Shown: one piece after another, positions 1-13,334 of the stretch
Layout of the letters: every line of letters begins with the position of its first letter
Numbering within the stretch: the first letter of the stretch is position 1
NCBI RefSeq assembly: GCF_963921235.1
Contig: NC_086108.1
Location: forward strand, 3,286,001 to 3,350,000
Source of the DNA: Mobula hypostoma
Lineage: Eukaryota
Direction of reading: 5' to 3'
Length of the DNA stretch: 64,000 nt
Position numbers and translations under genes: made by a program
Notes under the pieces: model-generated
The model's input: only the letters and a program-made list of their open reading frames with translations
The model's database searches: none
What the model was told of the DNA's origin: nothing

Positions 1-1290
1 TCCTGACTGATCTGGCCATGGGCTCAGCTCCATCCACTTATCTTCTGCCCAGAACTCTTAATTCCCCTGATATCCAAAAATCTAAGTAACTGTGTTAAAT
101 ATATTTAATGTGGTAGCCTCTACTGCTTCCCTGGACAGAAACACTACTCTCTGGGAAAAGCAGTTTCTCCTCATGATGTCCTAAATATATTCCCCTTGAA
201 TCCTGAGACAGTGGCCCCGAGATCTGGTCTCACTCGCCAGCAGAAACAACTACCTTGCTCTATCTTAGATTAGATTATGGGGACACTCAGTCCTCGTTTA
301 TTGTCATTTAGAAATGCATGCATTAAAAAATGATACAATGTTCCTCCAGTATGCTATCACAGAAACACAGGACAGACCAAGACTAAAACTGACAAAAGCC
401 ACATAATTATAAAATAGTTACAACAGTGCAAAGCAATACCGTAATTTGATAAAGAGCAGACCATGGGCATGGTAAAAAAAAAGTCTTAAGTCCCGATAGC
501 CCCATCATCTCACGCAGACGGTAGAAGGGAGAAACTCTCCCTGCCATGAACTCCAAGCACTGCAAACTTGCCGATGCATTGGAAGCACCCGACTGCAGCC
601 GACTCTGAGTCCGTCCGAAAATGTCGAGCCTCTGACCAGCCCTCTGACACCGAGCACCATCTCTGCCGAGCGCTTTGACCCCACCCCGGCCGCCGAGCAA
701 CAAGCAAAGCCAAGGACTCGGGGCCTTCCCTCCGGAGATTCTCGATCGCACAGTAGCAGCAGCAGCGAAGCAGGCATTTCAGAAGTTTCTCCAGATGTTC
801 CTCTGTACTCTCACGTCCGTCTCCATCAAATCAGGATTGTGCATGGCACACTACTTGACAAATAACAGATATCATTCACCGGAGTGGCCGCTGCGAGCTG
901 CGTCGCGGTGCCATCTTCTCCTCTTGCTTATCCATCTCTCTCATAATTGTAGATTTTATCTATAAGATCCCCTCTCATTCTTATGATTTCCAGGAAGTTG
1001 AGTCCATGATGCCTCTATCTCTCCTCATAGGCCAATCCGTCACACCATTCCCCCACCCCCATCTCCGGAATCAACCTGCTGGAGCTCCTCTGCATCACCT
1101 CCAAAACCAGTACATCCTTTCTCAAACCAGGAGCCCAGATATGCACGTGTCCTCCGGGTGTGGCCTCACCTGTACCCTGCACAGTTGCAGCATAAATTCA
1201 ATCCCTCTAACAAAGAAGGCCAACTTTCTATTTGCCTTCCTGAGGAACTGTTGCACCTACAAACCAACTTTTTGCAGTTCATGCATATTC
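1..1290 (-). mobile_element. Degraded CR1 LINE 3' part, interrupted at about 268-924
   Basis: Similar to other CR1 3' ends in the window (e.g. 1812-2158). Confidence 0.75.
268..924 (-). mobile_element. Non-autonomous retroposon (CpG-rich head, AATAAA, short tandem tail)
   Basis: Minus strand begins gagaagatggcaccgcgacgcagc and ends aataaacgagg...(aatct)n; splits the CR1. Confidence 0.55.
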
Positions 1291-1811
1291 ACTGGTCAGG
1301 GCCACCAGGTTCGGAAAGTTATTAGACTACAACCATCAGGCTCCTGAACCAGTGTGGATAACGTCACTCACCTCAACTCTGAACTGATTCCACAAACTAT
1401 GGACTCACTTTGGACTCTACAACTCAGTATTATTTATTTATTTATTTATTTATTTATTAATTATTTGCATAATTTGCCTTCTTTTGCACATTGGTTGCTT
1501 GTCAGTCTTTGTTTATGTATAGTTTTTCATAAGTTCTATTTCATTTCTTTATTTCCCTGTAAATGCTTGCAAATAAATGTCTGGGTACCAGATGGAGACT
1601 TTCACAGTGCCTATAAAAAGTACTCACCCCCCTTGGAAGTTCTCATGCTTTAGTGTTTTACGTTAAATCACAGTGAATTTAATTTGGCTTTTTTGACACT
1701 GAACAACACAAGAATGTACAGTACTTGTGTCAAAGTAAAAGTAGATCTCTACAAACTGATCTAAATTAATTACAAATATGAAACACGAAATAATTGCCAG
1801 AGTATTCTGGT

Positions 1812-2158
1812 TACATAAGAAATAGGAGCAGGAGTAGGCCATCCGGCCCATCGAACCTGCCCCACCATTCAATAAGATCATGGCTGATCTGTCCGTAAAC
1901 TCAGCTCCATCTACCTGCCTCTTCCCCATAACCCTTAATTCCCCTACAATGTAAAAACCTATCTAACTGTACCTTAAATACATTTAGTGAAGAAGCCTCA
2001 ACTGCTTCCCTGGGCAGAGAATTTCACAGATTTACCACTCTCTGGGAAAAACAGTTTCTCCTCTTCTCCGTCCTAAATCTTCTCCCCTGAATCTTGAGGC
2101 AACGTCCCCTAGTTCTAGTCTCACCTACCGATGGAAACAACTTTCCTACTTCTATCTT
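1812..2158 (-). mobile_element. CR1 3' end inserted into the Tc1 left TIR region
   Basis: Typical CR1 3' UTR (gaatggcggggcaggttcgatgggccggatggcctactcctgc-like). Confidence 0.85.
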
Positions 2159-2339
2159 AACCGTTCTTTAATATGAGACACCAAATCATCACTGGTGCAG
2201 CCAACTGGTTTCAGAAGTCACATAATTAGTTAAATGGAGATCACTGTGTGCAGTCAAGGTGTTTCAATTGTAATAAAAATACACCTGTATCTGGAAGGTC
2301 CAATTGCCGGTGAGTCAATATCCTGGCAAAAACTACACC

Positions 2340-3357
2340 ACGAAGATAAAAGAACATTCCAAGCAACTCTGGAAAAAGGTTATTGAAAAGCACGAGTCAG
2401 GAGATGGATACAAGAAAATTTCCAAGTCACTGAATATCCCCTGGAGTACAGTTAAGTCAATCATCAAGAAATGGAAAGAACATGGCTCAGCTGTAAATCT
2501 TCCTAGAGCAGGCCGGCCTCAAAAACTGAGTGACCATGCAAGAAGGGGACTAGTGAGGGAGGCCACCAAGAGACCTATGACAACTCTGGAGGAATTACAA
2601 GCTTCAGTGATTGAGATAGGAGAGACTGCACGTAGAACTACTGTTGCCTGGATGCTTCACCAGTCACAGCTTTATGGGAGAGTGGCAAAGAGAAAGCCAC
2701 TGTTGAAAAAAATCTTGCATGAAATCTTGGCTAGAGTTTGCCAGAAGGCACGTGGGAGACTCTGAAGTCAGCTGGAAGAAGGTTCTATGGTCTGATGAAA
2801 CCAAAAGTGAGATTTTTGGTCATCAGAATAAACACTATGTTTGGCGTAACCAAACACCTTACATAATCAGAAACACACCATCCCTACTGTGAAGAATGGT
2901 GGTGGCTGCATCATGCTGTGGGGATGCTTCACTGCAGCAGGCCCTGGGAGGCTTGCAAAGGTAGAGGGTAAAATGAATGCAGCAAAACACAGGGAAATCC
3001 TGGTGGAAAACCTGATACAATTTGCAAAAAAACTACGACTTGGGAGAAGATTTGTTTTCCAGCAAGACAATGACCCCAAGCATAAAGGCAAAGCTACACA
3101 GGAATGGCTTAAAAACAATAGTTAATGTCCCGGAGTGGCCAAGTCAGAGTCCAGACCTCAATTCAATTGAGAATTTGTGGCTGGACTTGAAAAGGGCTGT
3201 TCACTCATGATCCCCATGCAATCTGACAAAGCTTGAGCAGTTTTGTAAAGAAGAATGGGGAAAAATTGCAGTGTCCAGATGTGCAAAGCTGATAGAGACC
3301 TGACCACACAGATTCAAGGCTGTAATTGCTGCCAAAGGAGCATCTACTAAATACTGA
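2340..3357 (+). pseudogene. Tc1 DD34E transposase pseudogene
   Basis: Paired-like HTH, GRPQK, WSDETK, FQQDNDPKH, SPDLNSIENLW, ends TKY*; ACG at the likely start, frameshifts near 2712 and 3120, internal stops. Confidence 0.92.
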
Positions 3358-3632
3358 CTTGACAGGGGTGAATAATTTTGCAGTCAATTATTGTGTGTTT
3401 AATAATTGTAACTAATTTAGATCAATTTGTAAAGATCTGTTTTCACTTTGACATGAAAGAATCTTTCTCTGTTGATTAGTGTCAAAAAAAAGCCAAAATA
3501 AATCAACTGTGATTCAATGTTGTAAAACAATAAAACATGAAAACTTCTGGGTGGGTTGGTGAATACTTTTTATGGGCACTGTGCGTACTTTGGTGTTAAG
3601 TTTATCCAAGGGAACCACGATAGCTGAGCCCT

Positions 3633-3815
3633 TTGCTGTTGTTCCTTTCCGCACTTTGTGGCGCATCGGGCAGCAACCTTGAGATTTCTTTGGCATTTTT
3701 GTCGTTTTTTTACGAGGCTTGACGCTCAATCCAGCATGCAAGGAGCCGGCCCGATCTAAACCTCCGGCTACTCGCCTCGAAGTCCGGTGTGCATGCCACT
3801 ACACCACTACCAGCT
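3633..3815 (-). mobile_element. tRNA-derived SINE (family of 25100-25295)
   Basis: Head gctggtagtggtgtagtggc...ggacttcgaggc, (aac)n-like tail. Confidence 0.7.
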
Positions 3816-4109
3816 TAGCCTAGCGTCAGCAAGTTGCTATCGTAGCTCAGAATTTGGTGTTCAATTCTGCTGTCACCTGTAAGGAGTCTATACGTGCTCC
3901 CCGTGGAATATGTGGCTTTTCTCTGGGTCCTCCAATTCCCTCCCACAGCCTAAAGGTGTACTGGGTCAGTCAATCGGACAGAGTAAGTTGCCCTGAGATG
4001 AGATTAGGGTGAAATCAGGGTTGTCGGGGATTGCTGTGGGGTGTAGTTCGAAGGACTGGAAAGGCCTATTCCACACTGTACCTCGAAACAAAACATCAAT
4101 TTACTTTGA

Positions 4110-4420
4110 ACTTTGACCACATTGTGGAAGGATTCGGACCTAGGGCTTGCCCCTGGAACTGGCCAAGATGGCCATTCACAGGTCCAGGGCTCTGTCATGG
4201 CCGACTGCCTGCTCCTCGTCTGGGGATATTTTTGTGCCCAGGTATCCTTGGAGAGGGAGCATAGGTCACGATGGGTACCGTGGGGTATTTCAGAGAATGG
4301 CGCCCCTCCCCCCAGGAAATCGACTGTTCTGTAGATAGTAATAATCATATCTGAATTTCAATTTGTTTGTATTTTGTGTATTTTTGTGTAAATGACTTAC
4401 AGCCAATGACATACTTTTGA
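4110..4420 (+). mobile_element. Tx1-like (L1 clade) LINE 3' fragment
   Basis: Frameshifted LAKMAIHRSR...ADCL..GY..AQVSLEREH, recalled as Tx1 ORF2 C-terminus. Confidence 0.55.
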
Positions 4421-4502
4421 ATTTATCTTCCATTAGGGGCAGAAGATAATTATATTGCTTTAACATAAGACCATAAAAGCAGAAGATATAAGAGCAGAAT
4501 TA

Positions 4503-5068
4503 CACTTGGAGTATTGTGTGCAGTTTTGGTCCCCTAATCTGAGGAAAGACATCCTTGCCATAGAGGGAGTACAAAGAAGGTTCACCAGATTGATTCCTGG
4601 GATGGCAGGACTTTCATATGAAGAAAGACTGGATGAACTGGGCTTGTACTCGTTGGAATTTAGAAGATTGAGGGGGGATCTGATTGAAACATATAAAATC
4701 CTAAAGGGATTGGACAGGCTAGATGCAGGAAGATTGTTCCCGATGTTGGGGAAGTCCAGAACGAGGGGTCACAGTTTGAGGATAAGGGGGAAGCCTTTTA
4801 AGACCGAGATTAGGAAAAACTTCTTCACACAGAGAGTGGTGAATCTGTGGAATTCTCTGCCACAGGAAACAGTTGAGGCCAGTTCATTGGCTATATTTAA
4901 GAGGGACTTAGATATGGCCCTTGTGGCTAAAGGGATCAGGGGGTATGGAGGGAAGGCTGGGGCAGGGTTCTGAGTTGGATGATCAGCCATGATCATACTA
5001 AATGGCGGTGCAGGCTCGAAGGGCCGAATGGCCTACTCCTGCACCTATTTTCTGTTTCTATGTTTCTA
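4503..5068 (+). mobile_element. Young 5'-truncated CR1 (family of 38301-40809)
   Basis: Open ORF 4506-4973 LEYCVQFWSP...GYGGKAGAGF; (tatgtttc)n tail; splits the tail of an older CR1. Confidence 0.92.
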
Positions 5069-5197
5069 TTTGGCCCATCGAATTTGCTCTGCCATTTTAT
5101 TATGGCCAGTCAATTTTCCCTTCAGCCTCTATCTCCTGCCTCTTCCCTCTGACCCTTCATGCCCGAGGCAATCAAGAATCTATCAACCTCTGCCTTA

Positions 5198-7207
5198 GAA
5201 AGATAGAAACATAGACCCATAGAAAACCTACAGCACAATACAGGCCCTTTGGCCCACAATGCTGTGCCAAACATTTACTTACTTTAGAAATAACCTAGGA
5301 TTACCCATGGCCCTCTATTTGTCTAAGCTCCATGTACCTATCCAAGAGTCTCTTAAAAGACCCTATCGTATCAGACTCCACCACCATTGCTGGCAGCCCA
5401 TTCCACGCACTCAACACTCTCTGCATAAAAGACTTACCCCTGATATCTCCTCTGTGCCTACTTCTAAGCACCTTAAAACTGTGCCCTCTCGTGTTAGCCA
5501 TTTCAGCCCTGGGAAAAAGCCTCTGACTATCCACACGATCGATGCCTCTCATCATCTTATACACCTCTATCAGGTCACCTCTCATTCTCTGTCGCTCAAA
5601 GGAGAAAAGATCAAGTTCACTCAACCTATTCTCGTAAGGCATGCTCCCCAATTCAGGCAGCACCCTTGTAAGTCTCCTCTGCACCCTTTCTATGGTTTCC
5701 ACATCCTTCCTGTAGTGAGGCGACCAGAACTGAGCACAGTACATTTCCACTGTCACACTGGATTGGTCCTATTCTGTATCATCTTATCCTCTTGCTCTTC
5801 ACATACTTGTAGAATGCCTTGGGGTTTTCCTTAATCCTGCTCACCAAGGCCTTCTCATGGCCCCTTCTGGCTCTTCTAATTTCATTCTTAAGCTCCTTCC
5901 TGCTAGCCTTATAATTTTCTAGATCTCTAGTTTTTTGAACCTTTTGTAAGCTTTTCTTTTCTTCTTGACTAGATTTTCAACAGCCTTTGTACACCATGGT
6001 TCCTGTACCCTATCATCCTTTCCCTGTCTCATTGGAACGTACCAATGCAGAACTCCACACAAATATCCCATGAACATTTGCCACATTTCTGCCGTACATT
6101 TCTCTGAGAACATCTGTTCCCAATTTATGCTTCCAAGTTCTTGCCTGATAGCTTCATATTTCCCCTTACTCCAATTAAACACTTTCCTAACTTGTCTGTT
6201 CCTATCCCTTTCCAATGCTATGGTAAAGGAGATAGAATTGTGATCATTATCTCCAAAATGCTCTCCAACTGAGAGATCTGACACCTGACCAGGTTCATTT
6301 CCCAATACCAGATCAAGCACAGCCTCTCCTTTTGTAGGCTTATCTACATATTGTGTTAGGAAGTCTTCATGAACACACCTAACAAACTCCATCCCATCTA
6401 AATCCCTTGCTCTAAGGAGATGCCAATCAACATTTGGGAAAATAAAATCTCCCACCACAACAACCCTGTTATTATTACACCTTTCCAGAACCTATTTCTC
6501 TATCTGCTCCTCGATGTCCCTGTTACTGTTGGGTGGTCTATAAAAAACACTCAGTAGAGTTATTGACCCCTTCCTGTTTCTAACTTCCACCTACAGAGAC
6601 TCAGTAGACAATCCTTCCATGTCTTCCTCCTTTTCTGCAGCTGTGACACTATCTCTGATCAGCAGTGCCACGCCCCCACCTCTTTAGTCTCTCTCTCTGT
6701 CCTTTCTGAAACATCTAAAGCCTGGCACTCTAAGTAACCATTCCTGTCCCTGAGCCATCCAAGTCTCTGTAATGGCCACCACATCATAGCTCCAAGTACC
6801 GATCCATGCTCTAAGCTCATTCGCTTTGTTCATAATACTCCTTGCATTAAAATAGACCCATCTCAAACCATCGGCCTGAGCACGTCCTTTCTCGATCATC
6901 TGCCTATCCTCCCTCTCACACTGTCTCCAAGCTTTCTCTATTTGTGAGCCAACCGCCTCTTCCTCCGTCTCTTCAGTTCGGTTCCCACCCCTCAGCAATC
7001 CTAGTTTAAGCTCTCCCCAATAGTCTTAGCAAACCTCCCGGCCAGGATATTGGTCCCTCTTGGATTCAGGTGCAACCCGTCCTTTTTGTACAGGTCACTC
7101 CTGCCCCAAGAGAGGTCCCAATGATCCAGAAATCTGAATCCCTGCCCCCTGCTCCACTCCCTCAGCTACGCATTTATCCTCCACCTCACTCTATTCCTAT
7201 ACTCACT
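5198..7207 (-). mobile_element. Internally deleted CR1 (ORF1 end, endonuclease, joined to 3' end)
   Basis: ORFs 6684-6998 (YFNARSI..ITETW), 5919-6458 (VGDF), 5301-5756 (YCAQFWSP); tail tatgtttct. Confidence 0.88.
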
Positions 7208-9790
7208 GCCTCAAATATTCATAAGACTTGGCTTCCACAGCTGTCTGTGGCAATGAATTCCACAGATTCACCACCCTCTGGCTAAAGAAATTCCTCCTCA
7301 TCTCTGTTCTAAAAGGTCATCCCTCTATTCTAAGGCTGTGTCTTCTGGTCCTAGGCTCTTCCAGCATAAGAAACATCCTCTCCAGATCCACTCTATTGAG
7401 GCCTTTCACCATTTGATAGATTTCAATGAGGTCACCTCTCATTTTTCTGAATTCTAGTGAGTATAGGCCCTGAGCCATCAGACACTCATCACATGACAAG
7501 CAGTAGAATCCTGGAATCATTTTCGTGAACCTCCTTTGAAACCTCTCGAGTTTCAGCACATCTTTTCTGAGAGAAGAGGCCTCAATACTTCAAGTGAGGC
7601 CTCACCAGTGCCCTATAAATTTTCAACATTACATCCTTGCTTTTATATTCTAGTCCTCTTGAAATGAATGCTAACATTGCATTTGGTTTCCTCATCACAG
7701 ACTGAACCTGCAAACTAACCTTTAGCGAATCCTGCACAAGGACTCCCAAGTCCCTTTGTGCCTCAGTTTTTTGTATTTTCTCTCCATTTAGGAAATAGTC
7801 AATCCTTTCATTTCTTCTACCAAAGTGAATGACGATACACTTCCCAACACTGTATTTTATCTGCCATTTCTTTGCCCATTCTCCTAATCTTTATAAGTAC
7901 TTCTGTAGCCTCTCTACTTCCTTAAAACTACATGTCTCTCCAGCTATCTTCGTATCCTCTGCAACACAGCCATCAATTCCATCATCCAAATCATTGACAT
8001 CTATCACAAAAAGAATCAGTCCCAAGGAACACCACTAGTCACCAGCAGCCAGCCAGAAAAGGCCCCTTTTACACCCACTCTTTGCCTCCTGCCAATCAGC
8101 CACTGCTCTATCCATGCTGGAATCTTTCCTGTAATTCCATGGACTTGTAGTTGGTTCAGCAGCCGAACATGTGGCACCTTGTCAGAGGCCTCCTGAAAAT
8201 CCAAGTGCAAAACATCCTCCAGTTCTCTTTTGTCTATTCTGCTTGTTACTTCTTGAAAGGTTTGCAACAGATTTGTCAGGCAAGACTTTCCCTTGAGGAA
8301 ACCATGCTAACTCCAGCCTATTTTATCATGTGACTCCAAGTACCCGGAGACCTCATCCTTAATAATCGACTCCAACACCTTCCCAACCACTTGAGGTCAG
8401 ACTGACTGGCCTATAGTCTCCTTTCTGCTCTCTCTCTTTTTGAAGAGTGGAGTGACATTTGCAATTTTCCAGTCTTCCTGAACCATTCCAGAATCTAGTG
8501 ATTCTTGAAAGATCATTACTAAAGCCTCCATGATCTCTTCAGTCACCTCTTTCAGAACTCTGGTCTAGGTGACTTATCTTATCTTCAAACCTTTTAGTTT
8601 CCCAAGAACCTTCTCTCTAATTATGGTAACTTCACACACTTCATACCCCCTGACACCTGGAACTTCCACTTTACTACCAGTGTCTTCCACAGTGAAGACT
8701 GATGCAGGTATTTGTTCAGTTCCTTTGCTGTTACCTTGACTCCATTACTACTTCTCCAGCATCGTTTCCCAGCAATATGATATCTACTCTCACCTCTCTT
8801 TTACACTTTATGTATCTGAAGAAACTTTTGGCATCCTCTTTAATATTATTGGCTAGCATACTTTTGTATTCCATCTTTTCCTTCTTATTGACTTTTTAGT
8901 TGCCTTTTGCTGGTTTTTTTAAAGCTTCTAAATCCTCTAACTTCCCACTAATTTTTTTCTCAATTATATGCCCTCTCTTTGCTTTTATATTGATTTTGAC
9001 TTGTCTTGTTAGCCATGGTTGTGCCTTCTTTCCTTTAAAATGCTTCTTTCTCTTTGGGATCTATATATCCTGAGCCTTCGGAATTGCTTCCATTGCTGCT
9101 CTGCCGTCACCCCTGCCAGTGTACTTTCCGAATCAATTCTGCCCAACTCCGCTGTCATGCCTCTGTAATTCCCTTTACTACACTGTAGTATTGATACCCC
9201 TGACCTTAGCTTCTCCTACTCAGATTTCAGGGCGAATTCAATCATGTTATGATCACTTTCCCACAAGGGTTCTTTTACCTTAACCTCTTTAATCAATTCT
9301 GGTTCATTGCATAACACCCACTCCAGAATTGCTGAGCTCCCAGTGGGCTCAACCTAATCTGCCTGCATATTGAAGTCCCCCATGACTATTGTAACATTGG
9401 CATGCATCTTCTATCTCCTATTGTAATTTGTAGACAACTTCCTGACTACCGTTTGGGTGTCTGTATATAACTCCCATCAGGGTCTTTTTACCTTTGCAGT
9501 TCCCGAGCTCTAGCCACAATTATTCAACACCTTCGGACCCTATGTCACCTCTTTCTAATGATTTGATTTAATTTTTTACCCACAGAGTAACGATGTTCCC
9601 TCTGTCTTCCTGCCTGTCCTTTTGATTCGATGTGTATTCTTGGACATTAAGCTCCCAGCTATAACCTTTCAGCCATGATTCAGTGATGCCTACAACATCA
9701 TACCTGCCAATCTGCAACTGTGCTGCGTTCATCTACCTTATTCCGTATACAGTGCACATTCAGATACAACACCATCAGCCCTGTATTCGC
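7208..9790 (-). mobile_element. Degraded CR1 ORF2; its 3' end continues at 5069-5197 and 4465-4502
   Basis: RT remnants LDFQEASDKVPH, VTSGVP; host sequence resumes across insertions. Confidence 0.85.
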
Positions 9791-9809
9791 CCTTCTCGAT
9801 TTTGGTGCA

Positions 9810-11035
9810 CCATGCATTGAAATATATGCAGCTCAGAACACTGGTCACACCGTGCTCGACCTTTTGATTCCTAATTTTTTCTGAGGTCTTACCAACATCT
9901 GCCTCCACAACCTCTCCACTAACTGTTCTGACACTCTGGTTCCCATCCCCCTGCAACTCTAGTTTAAACCCCACCGTGCAGCATTAACAAACTATCCCGC
10001 TGGGATATTAGTTCCCCTCCAGTTCAGGTGCAAACTGTCCCTTCTGTACAGATCCCACCTTCCCTGGAAGAGAGCTCAATGATCCAAATATTTATGCCAA
10101 ATCTACATCACCTCCTTAGCCACATATTAAACAGTATAATCTTCCTAGTTCTGGCCTCACTAGCACGTGGTACAGGTCGCAATCCTGAGGTCACAACCCT
10201 GGAGATCCTGCCTTTTAACTTAGCACCTAACTCCCTGAACTCTCTCTGCAAAACCTGTCACTCATCCTACCCATGTCATTGGTATCTACATGGACCATGA
10301 CTTCTGACTGTTCACCGTCCCACTTAAAAATGATGAGGTCTCGATCCAAGATATTCCGGACCCTGGCACCAGGGAGGCAACATACCATCTGGGAATCTTG
10401 TTCTCACCAACAGAACCTCCTGTTCATTCCCCTAACTAACGACTCCCCCATCACCACAGTGCGCCTCTTCTCCCCCCATCCCTTCTGATTTCACAAAGGC
10501 AGACTCAGTGCCAGAGACCCGACCATTGTGACTTTCCTCTGTTAGGTCACCCCCCCGCCGCCCCGATGGTATCCAAAGTGATATTCCTGTTGTTGGGGGG
10601 GGGGAAGGGGGGGTGGCCACAGCACTAGCTCCTTAACCCCTTTCTCCTTCCTGACTGTCACCCAGTCTCGTGCCCTGCACCTTGGGTGTAACTACCTCTC
10701 GATATGTCCTGTCTGTCACCCCTTCAGCCTCCCGGATGGTCCAGAGTTCATTAGTTCCATCTCCAACTCCTTAACATGGTTTGTTAGAAGCTGCAGCTGG
10801 ATGTACTTCTCGCAGTTGTGGGCGCCAGGGACACTGGAGGTCTCTCTGCCTTCCCACATCCCACAAGAGGAGCATTTCACTATCCTGTCTGGCATCTCCA
10901 CTGTCCGAGCTGAGCGGATATAAAGAAGAGAAGGAAAAAAACTTGAGCTTTTCCTTCCTTTTCTTTCTCTGACTGAAGCCTCTCTTGACTGAAGTCTCGA
11001 AGAGCCACAGCCTCAAGATCACCACTCGGTTGGCT
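9810..11035 (-). mobile_element. CR1 5' region with ORF1 remnant
   Basis: IVKCSSCGMWE..NCEKYIQLQLL zinc-finger; inverted paralogue at 14740-16050. Confidence 0.8.
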
Positions 11036-11145
11036 GTTGGTGAAAGCTCTATTTCACGGCTCCTGCCTCCTCGGGCAATATAGTTAATGGTATACACTGA
11101 GCTGGAACAATGAGTAAGTGAAAAAGAAATTGTTCCAGCACTCAC

Positions 11146-11287
11146 CCACTTGCCATGGGTATGACACGCAACATCCAACACACCCGTAGCTTGACTTTCA
11201 ATGCCTCGAGGGTCCTCCAGAGTCAAAGGTGATAATGGGGTTACTTTGCGAGTTGTCACAGCCCTCCATCAGTCCCCAACCACAAAG
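11146..11287 (-). other. Candidate exon (mostly 5' UTR) of the downstream gene
   Basis: Non-repeat island between TEs; acceptor ctctgttcttacag, donor TGG|gtgagt; no frame fully open, ATG GCA AGT GG at the 3' end. Confidence 0.45.
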
Positions 11288-11689
11288 CTGTAAGAACAGA
11301 GACCTGTGCAGCGGCTAAGTGTTCAAAAGTAAAAGCCTGTTGCTAGGTGATGAGGAATGTGTACCAAATTAAGAAAGGGGATTAACAAATTGCAATTAAG
11401 AGACTGCTTTTAACACTATGTGGAAGGAAGCCACATAGAATAGGAAACTATAAATAGGTTTGATTCAAAGTTCAAAGTACATTTATTATCAAAGTATGTA
11501 TACATTATACAACCTAGGGATTTGTCTCTTACATGAGCCATGGAACAAAGAAACCCAACAGAACCCATTAAAAAAAAATCCAACAAACACCCAATGTGCA
11601 GAGAGAGAGAGAGAAAGAAAGAGAAAAAAAATTGCGTAAACAATAAAAGCAAGCAAATAGCATTCAGAACACATGAGAGTCCATAGATA

Positions 11690-11920
11690 CGCAGCCTGGA
11701 GCAGGCCACAGGCTCAGTCTCAGTTCAATCACACAGTGGAGCCATACAAACATGGAGCCCAGAGTAGGCCCACAGCCTCACCTTCAGTGCAGCAGAGAGA
11801 GGAGCCACACAGACATGAAGCCTGGAGCAGGTCACAGCCATAGCCTCAGTTCACCACACAGTGGAGCCATGCAGACATGAAGCCCAGAGTAGGCCCACAG
11901 CTTCAGTGCAGCAGAGAGTG
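11690..11920. repeat. Tandem repeat, about 126-bp unit x2 built from two related ~62-bp subunits
   Basis: agcctggagcaggc/tcacag...agcccagagtaggcccacagc repeated. Confidence 0.75.
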
Positions 11921-12296
11921 AAGCAAACGTTGTGGAGCAGCGAGAAGAACCGGCCCAACCCTTGACTCCGGTCCCGACACCGGGCCTTTTCAAACTATCT
12001 GGCCTGGCGTTTAAACCATCCAAATAACGGGTCCTTCCTCAATCTCAGACCTGGGCCTTGTCGCATCAATGCGCCCTGGGCCTGGACCTCATCACCAAGT
12101 TTCGGCCCATTCCTGAAGTTTCCAAATAGGCCCAGAGCTTCTCACTCTGGGGTGAGAAAATTAGGAGTGAATGCAGGGGGAAATGGTGGATAAGAGCCAG
12201 CATTGTGTGATGGGATAATGACCTTATTCCATGCTGGGTATATGACTGTCTTGAGAGTGACTATAATTGAGATCCCAACACTCTCCCAGCTACAGA

Positions 12297-12525
12297 CAAA
12301 CCCAGGAGAAAATGCTGTTTAAACTCAACAGGTCGGGCAGTTTCTGCGCAAGGAGAAGCAGTCAACATTTTGGGTCTGTAATCCTTCGTCAAAGCTGACG
12401 CAAGGTGGTAGGCCCAAAATGTTGACTACTTCTCGTTCCACAGATGCTACCTGGCCTGCTGAGTTTCCCCAGCATTTTCTGGCCTTGTTTCATATTTACA
12501 GCATCTGCAGGTTTTTAGATGTTCT
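12297..12525. mobile_element. Degenerate Penelope-derived fold-back element
   Basis: Inverted arms gaaaatgctg...cagcattttc with a decayed hammerhead-like centre. Confidence 0.65.
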
Positions 12526-13334
12526 CTGCAGTGGTTGACTGCTGATTTCCATGGCATTCGACGGACTCATCCTCAAGCTGTGGTGTCGCCTGTTTACAGC
12601 CGCCAGGGGAGTGGCGTCAGAGTCGGTGTGCTCCACCAGGGGTGGCGTGGCGCAGCACCACCCCCAGTGTTTGCGCGTGACAGAAGACAAGCTCCATTGT
12701 GGTTGACTGCGGTATTGAATGGACTCAGGATCTGGACGATATGTCTACAGCCACTGGGGGGAGGCATCGGAGCTGCAGTATTCCACCGGGCCGTGTGGTG
12801 CAATGTCCAGGCGGGATGCAGTGCTGCCCCCTAGTGTTCGCTCGGCAGAAGACAAGCTCTAATGTGGTTGCCTGCAGATTCCTGCAGCGTTGGATGTCCC
12901 GAGTTTGGATTCTTTTATTGCATGGCGATATCTTACGGAAACCTTTATGTGCTAGCTGTCCTGTACGTGCTATGTGTGCTTTGTGCTGTGTGCGACAACT
13001 GGTGCTGTGGTTTGCACCTTGGCCCTGAAGTAACGCTGTCCCATTTGGCTGTATTTATGAGTATACCAGTATGGTTAAATGACAATTAAACTTGAATTGA
13101 ATAAACCTATGCCATGCACTCCCACACCCTCCTGTGTACCCCTGCTCTCAAACTCACCCTCCCACTCCACAAACACACACTCTCATTCCAACGTGCCTTC
13201 CCCTTTCTTAAAAACCTTCCCCTTCTAATGTAGTTCTGTGATAACACATACCACCGTAAAATGTTCAGTTACCAGGCCCCATTCACAGAGTCACAGAATT
13301 CTACGGCACAGAAACAGGCCCTTCAGCCCATCTA

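Larger units (their letters stand above)
1605..3581 (+). mobile_element. Tc1/mariner DNA transposon with about 200-bp IR/DR-type TIRs
   Basis: 1605-~1797 (cagtgcctataaaaagtactcacc...) is the inverted match of ~3383-3581; inner direct repeat near 3358-3385; transposase inside. Confidence 0.93.

Noticed and set aside
12526..13090. GC-rich segment with overlapping ORFs as a promoter or exon
   Set aside because: No recognisable protein; ends in attaaa plus (ttgaa)n like a non-autonomous retroposon, as does 49060-49825
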